From an uncultured Pseudomonadota bacterium (GTDB lineage: Bacteria; Pseudomonadota; Alphaproteobacteria; RF32; CAG-239): a stretch of 64,000 nucleotides of DNA. This document shows, piece by piece, positions 39,053-47,045 of this stretch. The stretch lies in contig CASFRM010000013.1 in NCBI GenBank assembly GCA_949297185.1, forward strand, positions 774 to 64,773. The letters run 5' to 3'. Positions within the stretch are counted from its first letter, which is position 1. Each line of letters starts with the position of its first letter. Position numbers and translations under genes: made by a program. The notes under the pieces are model-generated. The model did not search any database. It was not told the DNA's origin and saw only the letters and a program-made list of their open reading frames with translations.

Positions 39053-39292
39053 ATGGGAGCATATATTCTTTTGCTTTTGTCATTGATAGTGTTCGTGGCA
39101 AGGCGGATCCATCTGAAACGGAACGCCGTTAAAATTGTAGAGATACGGCGTTGCGGAAATATCAGGTATTGTTCTTTTGTATGGAAGGGACAGTATTTTG
39201 AAAATGGTGTAATTAGCAGTTATGCCAAAAAAATAAAGAGACTCAAAGTTGTCGGTTACGATGTAACAGATGAAATTTGGGTTCTCGAGTAA
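39053..39292 (+). CDS. Small hypothetical membrane protein
   Basis: 79 aa with one N-terminal TM segment. No homology was recognised. Confidence 0.25.
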   Translation: MGAYILLLLSLIVFVARRIHLKRNAVKIVEIRRCGNIRYCSFVWKGQYFENGVISSYAKKIKRLKVVGYDVTDEIWVLE

Positions 39293-39313
39293 ATAACCTT
39301 TTATTTTTTTATT

Positions 39314-39799
39314 ATGGATACATTAAAAATTTTATCTCCGGCACTGATGGTGTTTGGAACATTCGTTTTATATCAATTCTGCTGTCGCGGAATGGTGTTG
39401 TCGTTTTCGGCAATATTCGGACTCTCAATGATCTTAAAGGTTGTTGATGTCCTGTTGCTCGCGGCGGTGGTGGCAATTTTTTATAAAAATCCACCCGGAT
39501 TGGTATTTAATCTAACCCTTTCTTTTTTGTTGTTTGGGGTGCAACAAGAAATTCTGCATCAAGCAAGAGCAGACTTTCTTGATTTTGTAACTCACTGTGG
39601 AAAAAATGTTGACTTTGTCTTGACCGACGAAGTCAATGGCAGAGAGGGTGAAGTGAAGATGGAAGGAGTTTCATTTCCGGTGTTGTATATCGGGGATGAA
39701 AAATTAAACAAACAAGAAACATATAAGGTTGATTTGTTTGTTCTATATGACAAGCGTGGTGAACCTGAGGATATTTACTGCAACTTGTCAGAAATTTAG
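39314..39799 (+). CDS. Hypothetical membrane protein (3 TM plus a roughly 80-aa C-terminal domain)
   Basis: 161 aa with three TM helices followed by a soluble domain. No homology was recognised. Confidence 0.3.
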   Translation: MDTLKILSPALMVFGTFVLYQFCCRGMVLSFSAIFGLSMILKVVDVLLLAAVVAIFYKNPPGLVFNLTLSFLLFGVQQEILHQARADFLDFVTHCGKNVDFVLTDEVNGREGEVKMEGVSFPVLYIGDEKLNKQETYKVDLFVLYDKRGEPEDIYCNLSEI

Positions 39800-39935
39800 A
39801 CGGTGAGGTCTTGAAGATCTTGCCGTTTTTTGTTTTAAAAAATCCTTGAAAAATAAAAAAATTGCGTTATAAAAGCAAAAGCTTGAAGACACCCCTGGAG
39901 GTCTTTGAGTCGTTTGGTTTATTTTATAAAGGATT

Positions 39936-40226
39936 TTGAAAATGATTACTTTTAATGCAGAAAAAAGAGAAAAAGCAGGTAAGGGGGCAGCTCGTGCATG
40001 TCGTCGTGAGGGCCGTATTCCTGCCGTTATTTATGGTGGAAAACAAGAACCGATGATGGTTTCTTTGCATCCGGTAGAGTTGGAAAAGGCTCTTGACACC
40101 AGAGGTTTTTATGAATCTGATGTAGAAGTTGTTGTTGACGGACAAAAGATTGCCGTTGTTTGCAAAGATGTGCAGTTCCATCCGGTTTCGGATAAGCCTA
40201 TTCATGTTGATTTCATCAGAAAATAA
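39936..40226 (+). CDS. rplY: 50S ribosomal protein L25 (short form)
   Basis: 96 aa (GRIPAVIYGG motif). It lies in the conserved rplY-pth-ychF block. Confidence 0.8.
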   Translation: MKMITFNAEKREKAGKGAARACRREGRIPAVIYGGKQEPMMVSLHPVELEKALDTRGFYESDVEVVVDGQKIAVVCKDVQFHPVSDKPIHVDFIRK

Positions 40227-40268
40227 AAAATTCGTCTAATGGGCAACTAATACAAAATTTGCAATATG

Positions 40269-40306
40269 GCGGCACGAGGATAAATATTTCTTGGTGCCGC
40301 TTTTTT
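40269..40306 (+). terminator. Terminator-like hairpin between rplY and pth
   Basis: GCGGCAC...GTGCCGC stem followed by TTTTTT. Confidence 0.45.
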
Positions 40307-40323
40307 ATAAAAGAGAAATAAAG

Positions 40324-40896
40324 ATGTTTTTAATCGTTGGTTTGGGAAACCCCGGAAAAGAATATGAAAATACTCGTCATAATGCCGGTTTTATGACGGT
40401 TGATGCTTTGGCGCAAAAGTTTGGATTTGCTCCGTTTAAGAGCAAATTTGACGCCTTAATCGCCGAGGGCAAAATTGGGGCAGAAAAGGTTTATATCTTA
40501 AAACCGCAAACCTATATGAATTTGTCCGGCAATGCAGTAGTAAAAGCCGCTAATTTTTATAAGATTTTACCGCAAAATATAATAGTTATTCATGATGATA
40601 TGGATTTGCCATTGGGAAAGATAAAAGCCAAACTCGGCGGTGGTGCCGGTGGACATAACGGATTAAAATCAATAGATGCGGCAATAACTCCGAATTACAA
40701 TCGTATCAGAATCGGGGTCGGGCATCCTATTGGCAAAGGCGAAGAGGTGGTTAATCATGTGTTGTCCGGTTTCGGCAAGGCTGAAAAAGAAATTTTGCAA
40801 AAAGATATTGAGCTGATTTTAGATACCATAGAAGTGTTGATTGAAAAAGGAATTGCCGAATATTCGTCTTGCTTGGGAATGAGACAAAAGAACTGA
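40324..40896 (+). CDS. pth: Peptidyl-tRNA hydrolase; start moved to the ATG at 40324, ORF begins at 40291
   Basis: The product begins MFLIVGLGNPG..YENTRHNAGF, the canonical Pth N-terminus. The 40291 start would add 11 non-conserved residues and overlap the terminator. Confidence 0.9.
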   Translation: MFLIVGLGNPGKEYENTRHNAGFMTVDALAQKFGFAPFKSKFDALIAEGKIGAEKVYILKPQTYMNLSGNAVVKAANFYKILPQNIIVIHDDMDLPLGKIKAKLGGGAGGHNGLKSIDAAITPNYNRIRIGVGHPIGKGEEVVNHVLSGFGKAEKEILQKDIELILDTIEVLIEKGIAEYSSCLGMRQKN

Positions 40897-40978
40897 TATA
40901 AGCGGTTTTTTGCGGTTGAAATTGTAAAAATTATAAGCTATAACAATGCCAATTTTGAATTTTTTGGAGAGTTTTGAT

Positions 40979-42088
40979 ATGGGATTTAATTGCGGTATTG
41001 TCGGATTGCCTAATGTGGGAAAATCTACTTTGTTTAATGCCTTAACTCAAACTATTGCGGCACAGGCAGCCAATTTTCCGTTTTGTACGATTGAACCAAA
41101 TACCGGCAGGGTGGCAGTACCGGATGAACGCTTACAAAAGCTTGCCGATATTGTAAAGCCTAAGCAAATTGTGCCAACCCAACTCGAATTTGTTGATATT
41201 GCCGGATTGGTCAAAGGTGCTTCCAAAGGCGAGGGTTTGGGCAACCAGTTTTTGGCCAATATTCGTGAGGTAGATGCCATAATCCATGTGTTGCGTTGTT
41301 TTGAAGATGAAAATATTACCCATGTTGAGGGTTCGGTCGATCCTATTCGCGATGCCGAAATTGTTGAAACCGAGTTAATGATTGCCGATTTGGAATCTTT
41401 GGAAAAAAGGTTTGATCAGGCTCAGAAAAAAGCCAAAGGCGGTGATAAAGAGGCCATACTCAATGTATCGGTTATGGGACCGATTATCGAGGCTTTGAAA
41501 ATGGGACAGCCGGCTCGTACTGCCGCTCCCGATGAAAGCAATAAAGATGCTTATAAAACCTATAAAATGTTGCAGCTTTTGACTGCAAAGCCGGTGTTGT
41601 ATGTATGTAATGTCGATGAAGCCGCGGCTGCCGATGGCAACGAGTTTTCTAAAAAAGTATTTGAAAAGGCCAAAGAAGAAAACGCTCGTGCGGTAATTAT
41701 TTCGGCGGCAATAGAATCGGAAGTTGCACAGCTTGATGATGAAGCTGAAAAGAAAGAATTTTTGGAAACATTGGGGCTAAAAGAAACCGGATTGTCAAAG
41801 ATTATTCGTGAGGGTTACAATCTTTTGGGGTTGCAAACTTACTTTACAGCCGGTCCGAAAGAGGTCAGAGCTTGGACATTTGTTAAAGGTTCGAAAGCAC
41901 CGGTTTGTGCCGGTATCATTCACTCGGACTTTGAACGCGGCTTTATTCGTGCCGAAACCATCTCTTATGATGATTTTGTGACTTTGGGCGGCGAGCAGGC
42001 ATGCAAAGAAGCCGGCAAGGTGCGTTCCGAAGGAAAAGAGTATGTGGTGCAAGATGGCGATTTGCTGAACTTTTTATTCAATGTTTAG
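40979..42088 (+). CDS. ychF: Ribosome-binding ATPase YchF; start moved to the ATG at 40979, ORF begins at 40946
   Basis: [22 protein letters not shown] is the canonical N-terminus. A GGAGAG RBS precedes it. There is a C-terminal TGS domain. Confidence 0.9.
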   Translation: MGFNCGIVGLPNVGKSTLFNALTQTIAAQAANFPFCTIEPNTGRVAVPDERLQKLADIVKPKQIVPTQLEFVDIAGLVKGASKGEGLGNQFLANIREVDAIIHVLRCFEDENITHVEGSVDPIRDAEIVETELMIADLESLEKRFDQAQKKAKGGDKEAILNVSVMGPIIEALKMGQPARTAAPDESNKDAYKTYKMLQLLTAKPVLYVCNVDEAAAADGNEFSKKVFEKAKEENARAVIISAAIESEVAQLDDEAEKKEFLETLGLKETGLSKIIREGYNLLGLQTYFTAGPKEVRAWTFVKGSKAPVCAGIIHSDFERGFIRAETISYDDFVTLGGEQACKEAGKVRSEGKEYVVQDGDLLNFLFNV

Positions 42089-42232
42089 CGGATTTCTACT
42101 TGTGTATTTACTCCTCATGTACCTCTTTTGTGTACACCTTCGTCGTAAATATACTGCGTATTAATTTCGCTAAACATTAAATAAACAAACAAGAGCGGAT
42201 TCCTACTGGTATATTTACTCTTCGTATAACTT
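42088..42232. repeat. Two imperfect 33-bp direct repeats (GCGGATTYCTACTKGTRTATTTACTCYTC) bracketing an AT-rich segment
   Basis: Copy 1 runs 42088-42120, overlapping the ychF stop. Copy 2 runs 42195-42227. About 30 of 33 positions are identical. Copy 1 is followed by CATGTAC...GTGTACAC. Confidence 0.5.
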
Positions 42233-42262
42233 TTAAAACTTTCTTGTTTATAGGATATAAAA

Positions 42263-42727
42263 ATGCGTTTGGCTTTGTTTCAACCCGATATTCCGCAGAA
42301 CACCGGAACTTTGCTAAGGCTGGGAGCCTGTTTGGATTTGCCTTTGGATATTATTGAACCTTGCGGTTTTGTGTTTAACGAAAAGGCAATGCGGCGCGCC
42401 GGTATGGATTATTTGGATAAGGTGGAATACCGCAGACACAATTCGTGGGATGATTTTTTGCAATTTAGGGCGCAAAACCAGAAAGAATACGGGCGCATTA
42501 TTTTGATGACAACCAAAGCCAGCCAACCTTATACCGATTTTCAATTTAGAGAAAACGACATTATTTTGATGGGACGCGAATCGGCGGGAGTACCCGAAGA
42601 AGTGCATAATTTGGCTGACGCCAGAGTGGTAATTCCGATGTCGCCGGATACTCGCTCGATAAATATGGCAATATCAGCAGCAATGGTGATTGGTGAGGCT
42701 TTGCGGCAAATTAGGTGGCAAAAGTAA
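42263..42727 (+). CDS. trmL: tRNA (cytidine34/uridine34-2'-O)-methyltransferase TrmL (SpoU family)
   Basis: 154 aa, a single-domain SPOUT methyltransferase (LFQPDIPQNTGTLLR...VIPMSPDTRSINMAISAAMVIGEALRQ). Confidence 0.8.
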   Translation: MRLALFQPDIPQNTGTLLRLGACLDLPLDIIEPCGFVFNEKAMRRAGMDYLDKVEYRRHNSWDDFLQFRAQNQKEYGRIILMTTKASQPYTDFQFRENDIILMGRESAGVPEEVHNLADARVVIPMSPDTRSINMAISAAMVIGEALRQIRWQK

Positions 42728-42883
42728 GATTTTTAATATTTTTTGTACAAAACCAGTTGACCATTTTGTCTAAAAGTGCTATTTTATGGTTTGTAAAAAA
42801 ATTATGAAAATATTATTAAGTCAGGTTTCAGGCATCTTTTGTTGTGCTCTTTTAGGCTTAAAATTTTAAAAATTTTTTGAATT

Positions 42884-43552
42884 ATGGCAAAAGAAATTGT
42901 AATCCCGACAATTTCACGGGATTTAGAACTAAACCGGTCCGTGAGCACTGCAGCAGGTTTCAAAAAAATAGAGCTAGGGCTTTCGCGCTCCGAGCGATTT
43001 GAACGCCTTGAAAGAAATCTTCCTTGGGTATATGAGGAAGAGATGGGAGAGTTTTTCCCTGAAGGTTTTTCAGGGCTTTTGTCGGCGGTATCTGAATCCT
43101 ATCCAATGGGAATTAGCTTTACGCTGACACCAAAACTTTCGGATGAGTATCAGAAAGTTCCAGTCGGACTAAACTCTTTGTTTAGAGGAAGGTCTGCTTT
43201 TGAAGCTCGTACATATCTGATTGATAAAAAAGGCAACCTATCAAATATCATGGATGCTAAGCGCGTTATGGTATATAAGGCAGCCTTAAACGCAGCAGTG
43301 AAGGTGGCTGATTTCTTCAAGCTGGGGACGCCACAACATAGCGGTATTTATCTGATTGGAGAAAAGAAGATTCCCTTCAGGGTCTTTGAGACCAAAGGAA
43401 AGAGTATTTTTATGAACATGGTGAACGGAATTATCTCCGTTGGGGGAGAAAAAAATGAATTTATGGAGCTTGCTCCAGAAAAATTCTCCTACGGAGAAAC
43501 AAGATTCCGTCCGGATTGGGGGGATAATCCCAAAAATTATGTGCGCTACTAG
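42884..43552 (+). CDS. Hypothetical protein with atypical codon usage
   Basis: 222 aa with no signal peptide or TM segments, and followed by its own strong terminator. Codon choice differs from neighbours: Gly GGG 5 times and GGA 8 times, against the GGT/GGC preference elsewhere. AGG, CGG and CCC are also used. Confidence 0.4.
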   Translation: MAKEIVIPTISRDLELNRSVSTAAGFKKIELGLSRSERFERLERNLPWVYEEEMGEFFPEGFSGLLSAVSESYPMGISFTLTPKLSDEYQKVPVGLNSLFRGRSAFEARTYLIDKKGNLSNIMDAKRVMVYKAALNAAVKVADFFKLGTPQHSGIYLIGEKKIPFRVFETKGKSIFMNMVNGIISVGGEKNEFMELAPEKFSYGETRFRPDWGDNPKNYVRY

Positions 43553-43575
43553 GTAGTGCGTTAAATTCTTAAAAG

Positions 43576-43617
43576 AGGTGTTAAATGTCTGGTCAAAGGC
43601 ATTTGACACCTTTTTTG
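43576..43617 (+). terminator. Strong rho-independent terminator
   Basis: A 15-bp stem (AGGTGTTAAATGTCT / AGGCATTTGACACCT, with two G-U pairs), loop GGTCAA, then TTTTTTG. Confidence 0.6.
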
Positions 43618-43760
43618 TTGCAAAAAGAGAGAAAATATTAACTTTTTTATGCTATATGTGTTTTTGTTATTGAAAATTAAGTTTTTGTTGCTAAATTTAA
43701 TCTTGTGTTAGCTGCGGTTGCAGTTATTGCAAAATTTTAAAACCATATGGAGAATATAAA

Positions 43761-44219
43761 ATGAAAAAGCTTTTAAGTATGTTTTGTGCTGTTTTGGCTT
43801 TGTCTGCTTGTTCAACTTTGGGCGAAAGCTCTTTCTTTGGCGGCAGTGAATGCGAATCCAGAATGGCTCGTGACTTCATGGAAAACGCTGAAGACAGAGT
43901 CTTCTTCGCATTTGACAGCTCTGCTATTTCTGCCGATGCTGCCGAAGTTTTGGACACTCAAGTTAAATGGTTGAAGAAACACGAAGATGTTAAAGTTGTT
44001 GTTCAAGGTTACTGCGATGAAAGAGGTACCAGAGAATACAACTTGGCTTTGGGTGAAAGACGTGCCAATGCCGTAAAACAGTATTTGGTTTCTAAAGGTA
44101 TTGCCGCTGACAGAATTTCTGTAATCTCTTACGGCAAAGAAAGACCGGCTGTTTTGGGTAACAACGAAGCTGCTTGGGCTCAAAACCGTCGTGCCGTTAC
44201 CGTTGTTGTAAGCGAATAA
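43761..44219 (+). CDS. pal: Peptidoglycan-associated lipoprotein Pal (OmpA-like)
   Basis: 152 aa with a lipobox (LALSACS) and the OmpA_C motif (YNLALGERRANAVKQYL...NRRAV). Confidence 0.85.
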   Translation: MKKLLSMFCAVLALSACSTLGESSFFGGSECESRMARDFMENAEDRVFFAFDSSAISADAAEVLDTQVKWLKKHEDVKVVVQGYCDERGTREYNLALGERRANAVKQYLVSKGIAADRISVISYGKERPAVLGNNEAAWAQNRRAVTVVVSE

Positions 44220-44243
44220 TTTTACACGACAGTAGAGTTTTGG

Positions 44244-44281
44244 TTATGCCTTCGGATTATTTTCCGAAGGCATAATTTTTT
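44244..44281 (+). terminator. Rho-independent terminator after pal
   Basis: A 13-bp stem (TTATGCCTTCGGA / TCCGAAGGCATAA), loop TTATTT, then a T-run. Confidence 0.65.
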
Positions 44282-44347
44282 GCTCTTGTGCTTTGCTGGC
44301 TTTTGTTTTAAATTGTGGTAAAATGTTGTTTTATCCGGAGATGAAAA

Positions 44348-45181
44348 ATGAAAAAAATTGGTTTGGTTGTGTCGGTTGTGGCTTTGACGGCCGCTTTTGA
44401 TGTGAAAGCAGTATCAGATAATGCTTTGCAAAGACAAATAGATGAATTGCGTGAAGATATACAAGTAATGCAAAGACAGCAATATCGTAATAAAGATGCC
44501 GGTGCTGCTCAGGATGTGGTAAAAATGGGCGAAATGGATGAAAATTTGCGCGATGTTATCGGCCGGATGGATATGATTGAACATCAGATTAAAACTTTGG
44601 ACGAAAAAATAAATCTGCTTAATAAAGATGTTGATGTCAGAATTAAAATGATTGAGGGAAAGCCTATTGAGAGCAGTGGATTGGGTAAGGATACCCCGAA
44701 GAAAAAGTTTGATGCTCCGGTAGCTAAAGATGCTCCGGCCTCTATTGTCGGTGGTGCAATTACCAAAGGTAATGATTTGCCGGAAGTTAAAACTAAAACC
44801 GCAGAGCAAGTATATCAAGAAGGCTTGGATGCTGTTAATGCCGGAAAATATGATGAAGCGGCAGATAAATTTACGGTATTTTTAACTAAATTTCCGGATA
44901 ATAAATTAGCGCCAAATGCTCAATATTGGTTGGGTGAATCATATTATGGTAAAAAAGATTATGCTAAGGCTGCGGTAGCTTTTGCCAAAGGATATGAAAA
45001 GTATAAAGATGGTAATAAGGGGGCAGACAATATCTTAAAGCTCGGTATGTCGATGCAAATGCTCGGCAAAAAAGAAGAAGCTTGCACCGCTTTTGTAAAT
45101 TTGCCCAAAGAATTTCCCAAGGCAGCTGATAATTTGAAAAATAAGGCGGCTCAGTTGGCTAAGGAGCTTAGCTGCAAATAG
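44348..45181 (+). CDS. cpoB: Tol-Pal system protein CpoB/YbgF
   Basis: 277 aa with a signal peptide, an N-terminal coiled coil and C-terminal TPR repeats (AQYWLGESYYGKKDYAKAAVAF). Confidence 0.7.
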   Translation: MKKIGLVVSVVALTAAFDVKAVSDNALQRQIDELREDIQVMQRQQYRNKDAGAAQDVVKMGEMDENLRDVIGRMDMIEHQIKTLDEKINLLNKDVDVRIKMIEGKPIESSGLGKDTPKKKFDAPVAKDAPASIVGGAITKGNDLPEVKTKTAEQVYQEGLDAVNAGKYDEAADKFTVFLTKFPDNKLAPNAQYWLGESYYGKKDYAKAAVAFAKGYEKYKDGNKGADNILKLGMSMQMLGKKEEACTAFVNLPKEFPKAADNLKNKAAQLAKELSCK

Positions 45182-45186
45182 GTGTT

Positions 45187-46236
45187 ATGAAAGAATTTTT
45201 TGCCAAATATAAGATCGATGAGGATGTTATCGCCGTCGGGGTATCCGGAGGAGCGGATTCTTTGGCATTGGCCTTATTGTTACAACAAGCCGGAAAAAAG
45301 GTCGTCGCTTTGACGGTTAACCACGGCTTGCGAAAAGAAGCTCAAGATGAGGCGGAATATGTGGCTCAAATTATGGCAGAAAATAAAATAGAACATCATA
45401 TTTTGTTTTGGCAGGGTGAAAAACCTAAAAAAGGAATCGAAGAAGCCGCCAGAGAAGCCAGATATAATTTGTTATTTGATTTTTGTAGGCAAAACGATAT
45501 TAAAGTTTTGGCTACCGGACACCATATGCGAGATCAGGCCGAAACTTTTTTGCTAAGGCTGGCTCGAGGCAGCGGAGTGTTTGGTTTGAGCGGAATTTTG
45601 CCGGTCAGCAAGCGGCAAGGAATTAAAATCATCAGACCATTGATTAATACTCATCCCGATGAGATGAAAAAATTTTTGCTTAATCAAGGTATCAAATGGG
45701 TTGAAGACCCGATGAATGGTGATGAGGATTTTCTCAGAGTAAAGATGCGTAAATTTCTGCCGGAACTTGCAAAAATCGGTATTGATGAAAAAAGGTTGGC
45801 ACAAACGGCGGCGACACTCCTTAAAACTAGAGAATTTATTCAAAAAGAGGTTGATTCCTTTGTAAAATCTTGTGTCAGAAATTGGGACAATGTAGCGGTA
45901 AGTTTGTCGTGGCATAAATTAAAATCCTTGGATTTAGAGATAAGCAGACGAGTTTTAAGCGATTTGATTTGCCGGATAGGTAATGAAGATTATGCTCCTA
46001 AAGCCGAAGAGCTGGAAAGAGTTTTGACCGAAGATGATGATTTTAAGGGTTGCACTTTGGGCAAATGTGAATTACTTTGGGCGGCAAAAAGATTGTGGAT
46101 TATACCGCAAGATGAAACAAATGAACTTATGAGCAAAAGTTGTTGGGATGATTTTGTAGAGGCTCATCCGCAGTATAAAAACGCCGGACTGCCTTATAAG
46201 GTCAGACGGGCATTGTGGCAGAATTTGAAGGATTAA
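45187..46236 (+). CDS. tilS: tRNA(Ile)-lysidine synthase TilS
   Basis: 349 aa with the PP-loop VGVSGGADSLAL. Confidence 0.8.
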   Translation: MKEFFAKYKIDEDVIAVGVSGGADSLALALLLQQAGKKVVALTVNHGLRKEAQDEAEYVAQIMAENKIEHHILFWQGEKPKKGIEEAAREARYNLLFDFCRQNDIKVLATGHHMRDQAETFLLRLARGSGVFGLSGILPVSKRQGIKIIRPLINTHPDEMKKFLLNQGIKWVEDPMNGDEDFLRVKMRKFLPELAKIGIDEKRLAQTAATLLKTREFIQKEVDSFVKSCVRNWDNVAVSLSWHKLKSLDLEISRRVLSDLICRIGNEDYAPKAEELERVLTEDDDFKGCTLGKCELLWAAKRLWIIPQDETNELMSKSCWDDFVEAHPQYKNAGLPYKVRRALWQNLKD

Positions 46237-46237
46237 A

Positions 46238-46714
46238 ATGGCAAAGGCTAAAAGAAAATCGGATTTTATTGTCAGTGGTTTGGTGGCACAAAACCGTCGT
46301 GCTAATTTTGATTATTTGATTGAAGAAAAATTTGTGGCCGGTTTGCAGCTTTTGGGAACTGAGGTTAAGTCTTTACGGCTTGGGCATGCCAATATCAATG
46401 ATGCATATGGTATTGAACGAAACGGCGAAATTTTTATGGCCAATATGTTTATTGCCGAGTATGCCAACAAGGGATATTCTTCACATGCCGAAAAGCGCGA
46501 ACGCAAGCTGTTGCTTACCAAAAAAGAAATAAGAGATATTATGAACGCTTTGGCCAAAAAGGGAGCAACCTTGGTAGCGATAAGATTGTTTTTTGACAAT
46601 CGCGGCAGAGCCAAGCTCGAGGTTGGGCTTGGTCGAGGCAAAAAGAATTATGATAAGAGAGAGACGATTAAGAATCGCGAACTCGATAGAAAAATACGTC
46701 TAAAGGATTTCTAA
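46238..46714 (+). CDS. smpB: SsrA-binding protein SmpB
   Basis: 158 aa (GTEVKSLR, KLLLTKKEI motifs). Confidence 0.9.
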   Translation: MAKAKRKSDFIVSGLVAQNRRANFDYLIEEKFVAGLQLLGTEVKSLRLGHANINDAYGIERNGEIFMANMFIAEYANKGYSSHAEKRERKLLLTKKEIRDIMNALAKKGATLVAIRLFFDNRGRAKLEVGLGRGKKNYDKRETIKNRELDRKIRLKDF

Positions 46715-47043
46715 AGCAGCTTTGTGCGGTCTCGCAAAATTCATGTACTGCTTTGTACACTAAAATTTTGCTCACCTTCAAATCCACTTTATAAATCTCT
46801 TTATCCGTATTTTTCTTGAAGCAGCAAAGGATTTCTAAAGCAGCTTTGTGCGGTCTCGCAAAATTCATGTACTACTTTGTACACTAAAATTTTGCTCACC
46901 TTCAAATCCACTTTATAAATCTCTTTATCCGTATTTTTCTTGAAGCAGCAAAGGATTTCTAAAGCAGCTTTGGCGGTCTCGCAAAATTCATGTACTGCTT
47001 TGTACACTAAAATTTTGCTCACCTTCAAATCCACTTTATAAAT
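46703..47043. repeat. 124-bp tandem repeat, 2.75 copies, beginning inside the last codons and stop of smpB
   Basis: Copies start at 46703, 46827 and 46951, giving a 124-nt period. Copy 2 differs from copy 1 by one substitution. Copy 3 has a 1-nt deletion and is truncated at about 47043. Each copy starts AAGGATTTCTAA, which is the smpB C-terminal K-D-F-stop. Confidence 0.9.
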
Positions 47044-47045
47044 AT

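Noticed and set aside
46668-47034. Minus-strand ORFs of 66 and 77 aa inside the 124-bp tandem repeat
   Set aside because: Their sequences are repeat-generated duplicates of each other, and they overlap the smpB 3' end. They are almost certainly spurious.
46700-47045. Possible tmRNA (ssrA) gene next to smpB
   Set aside because: No tRNA-like acceptor or T-arm (GGUUCGAUUCC-type) and no plausible tag-peptide frame ending in AA were found. The region is a tandem repeat.
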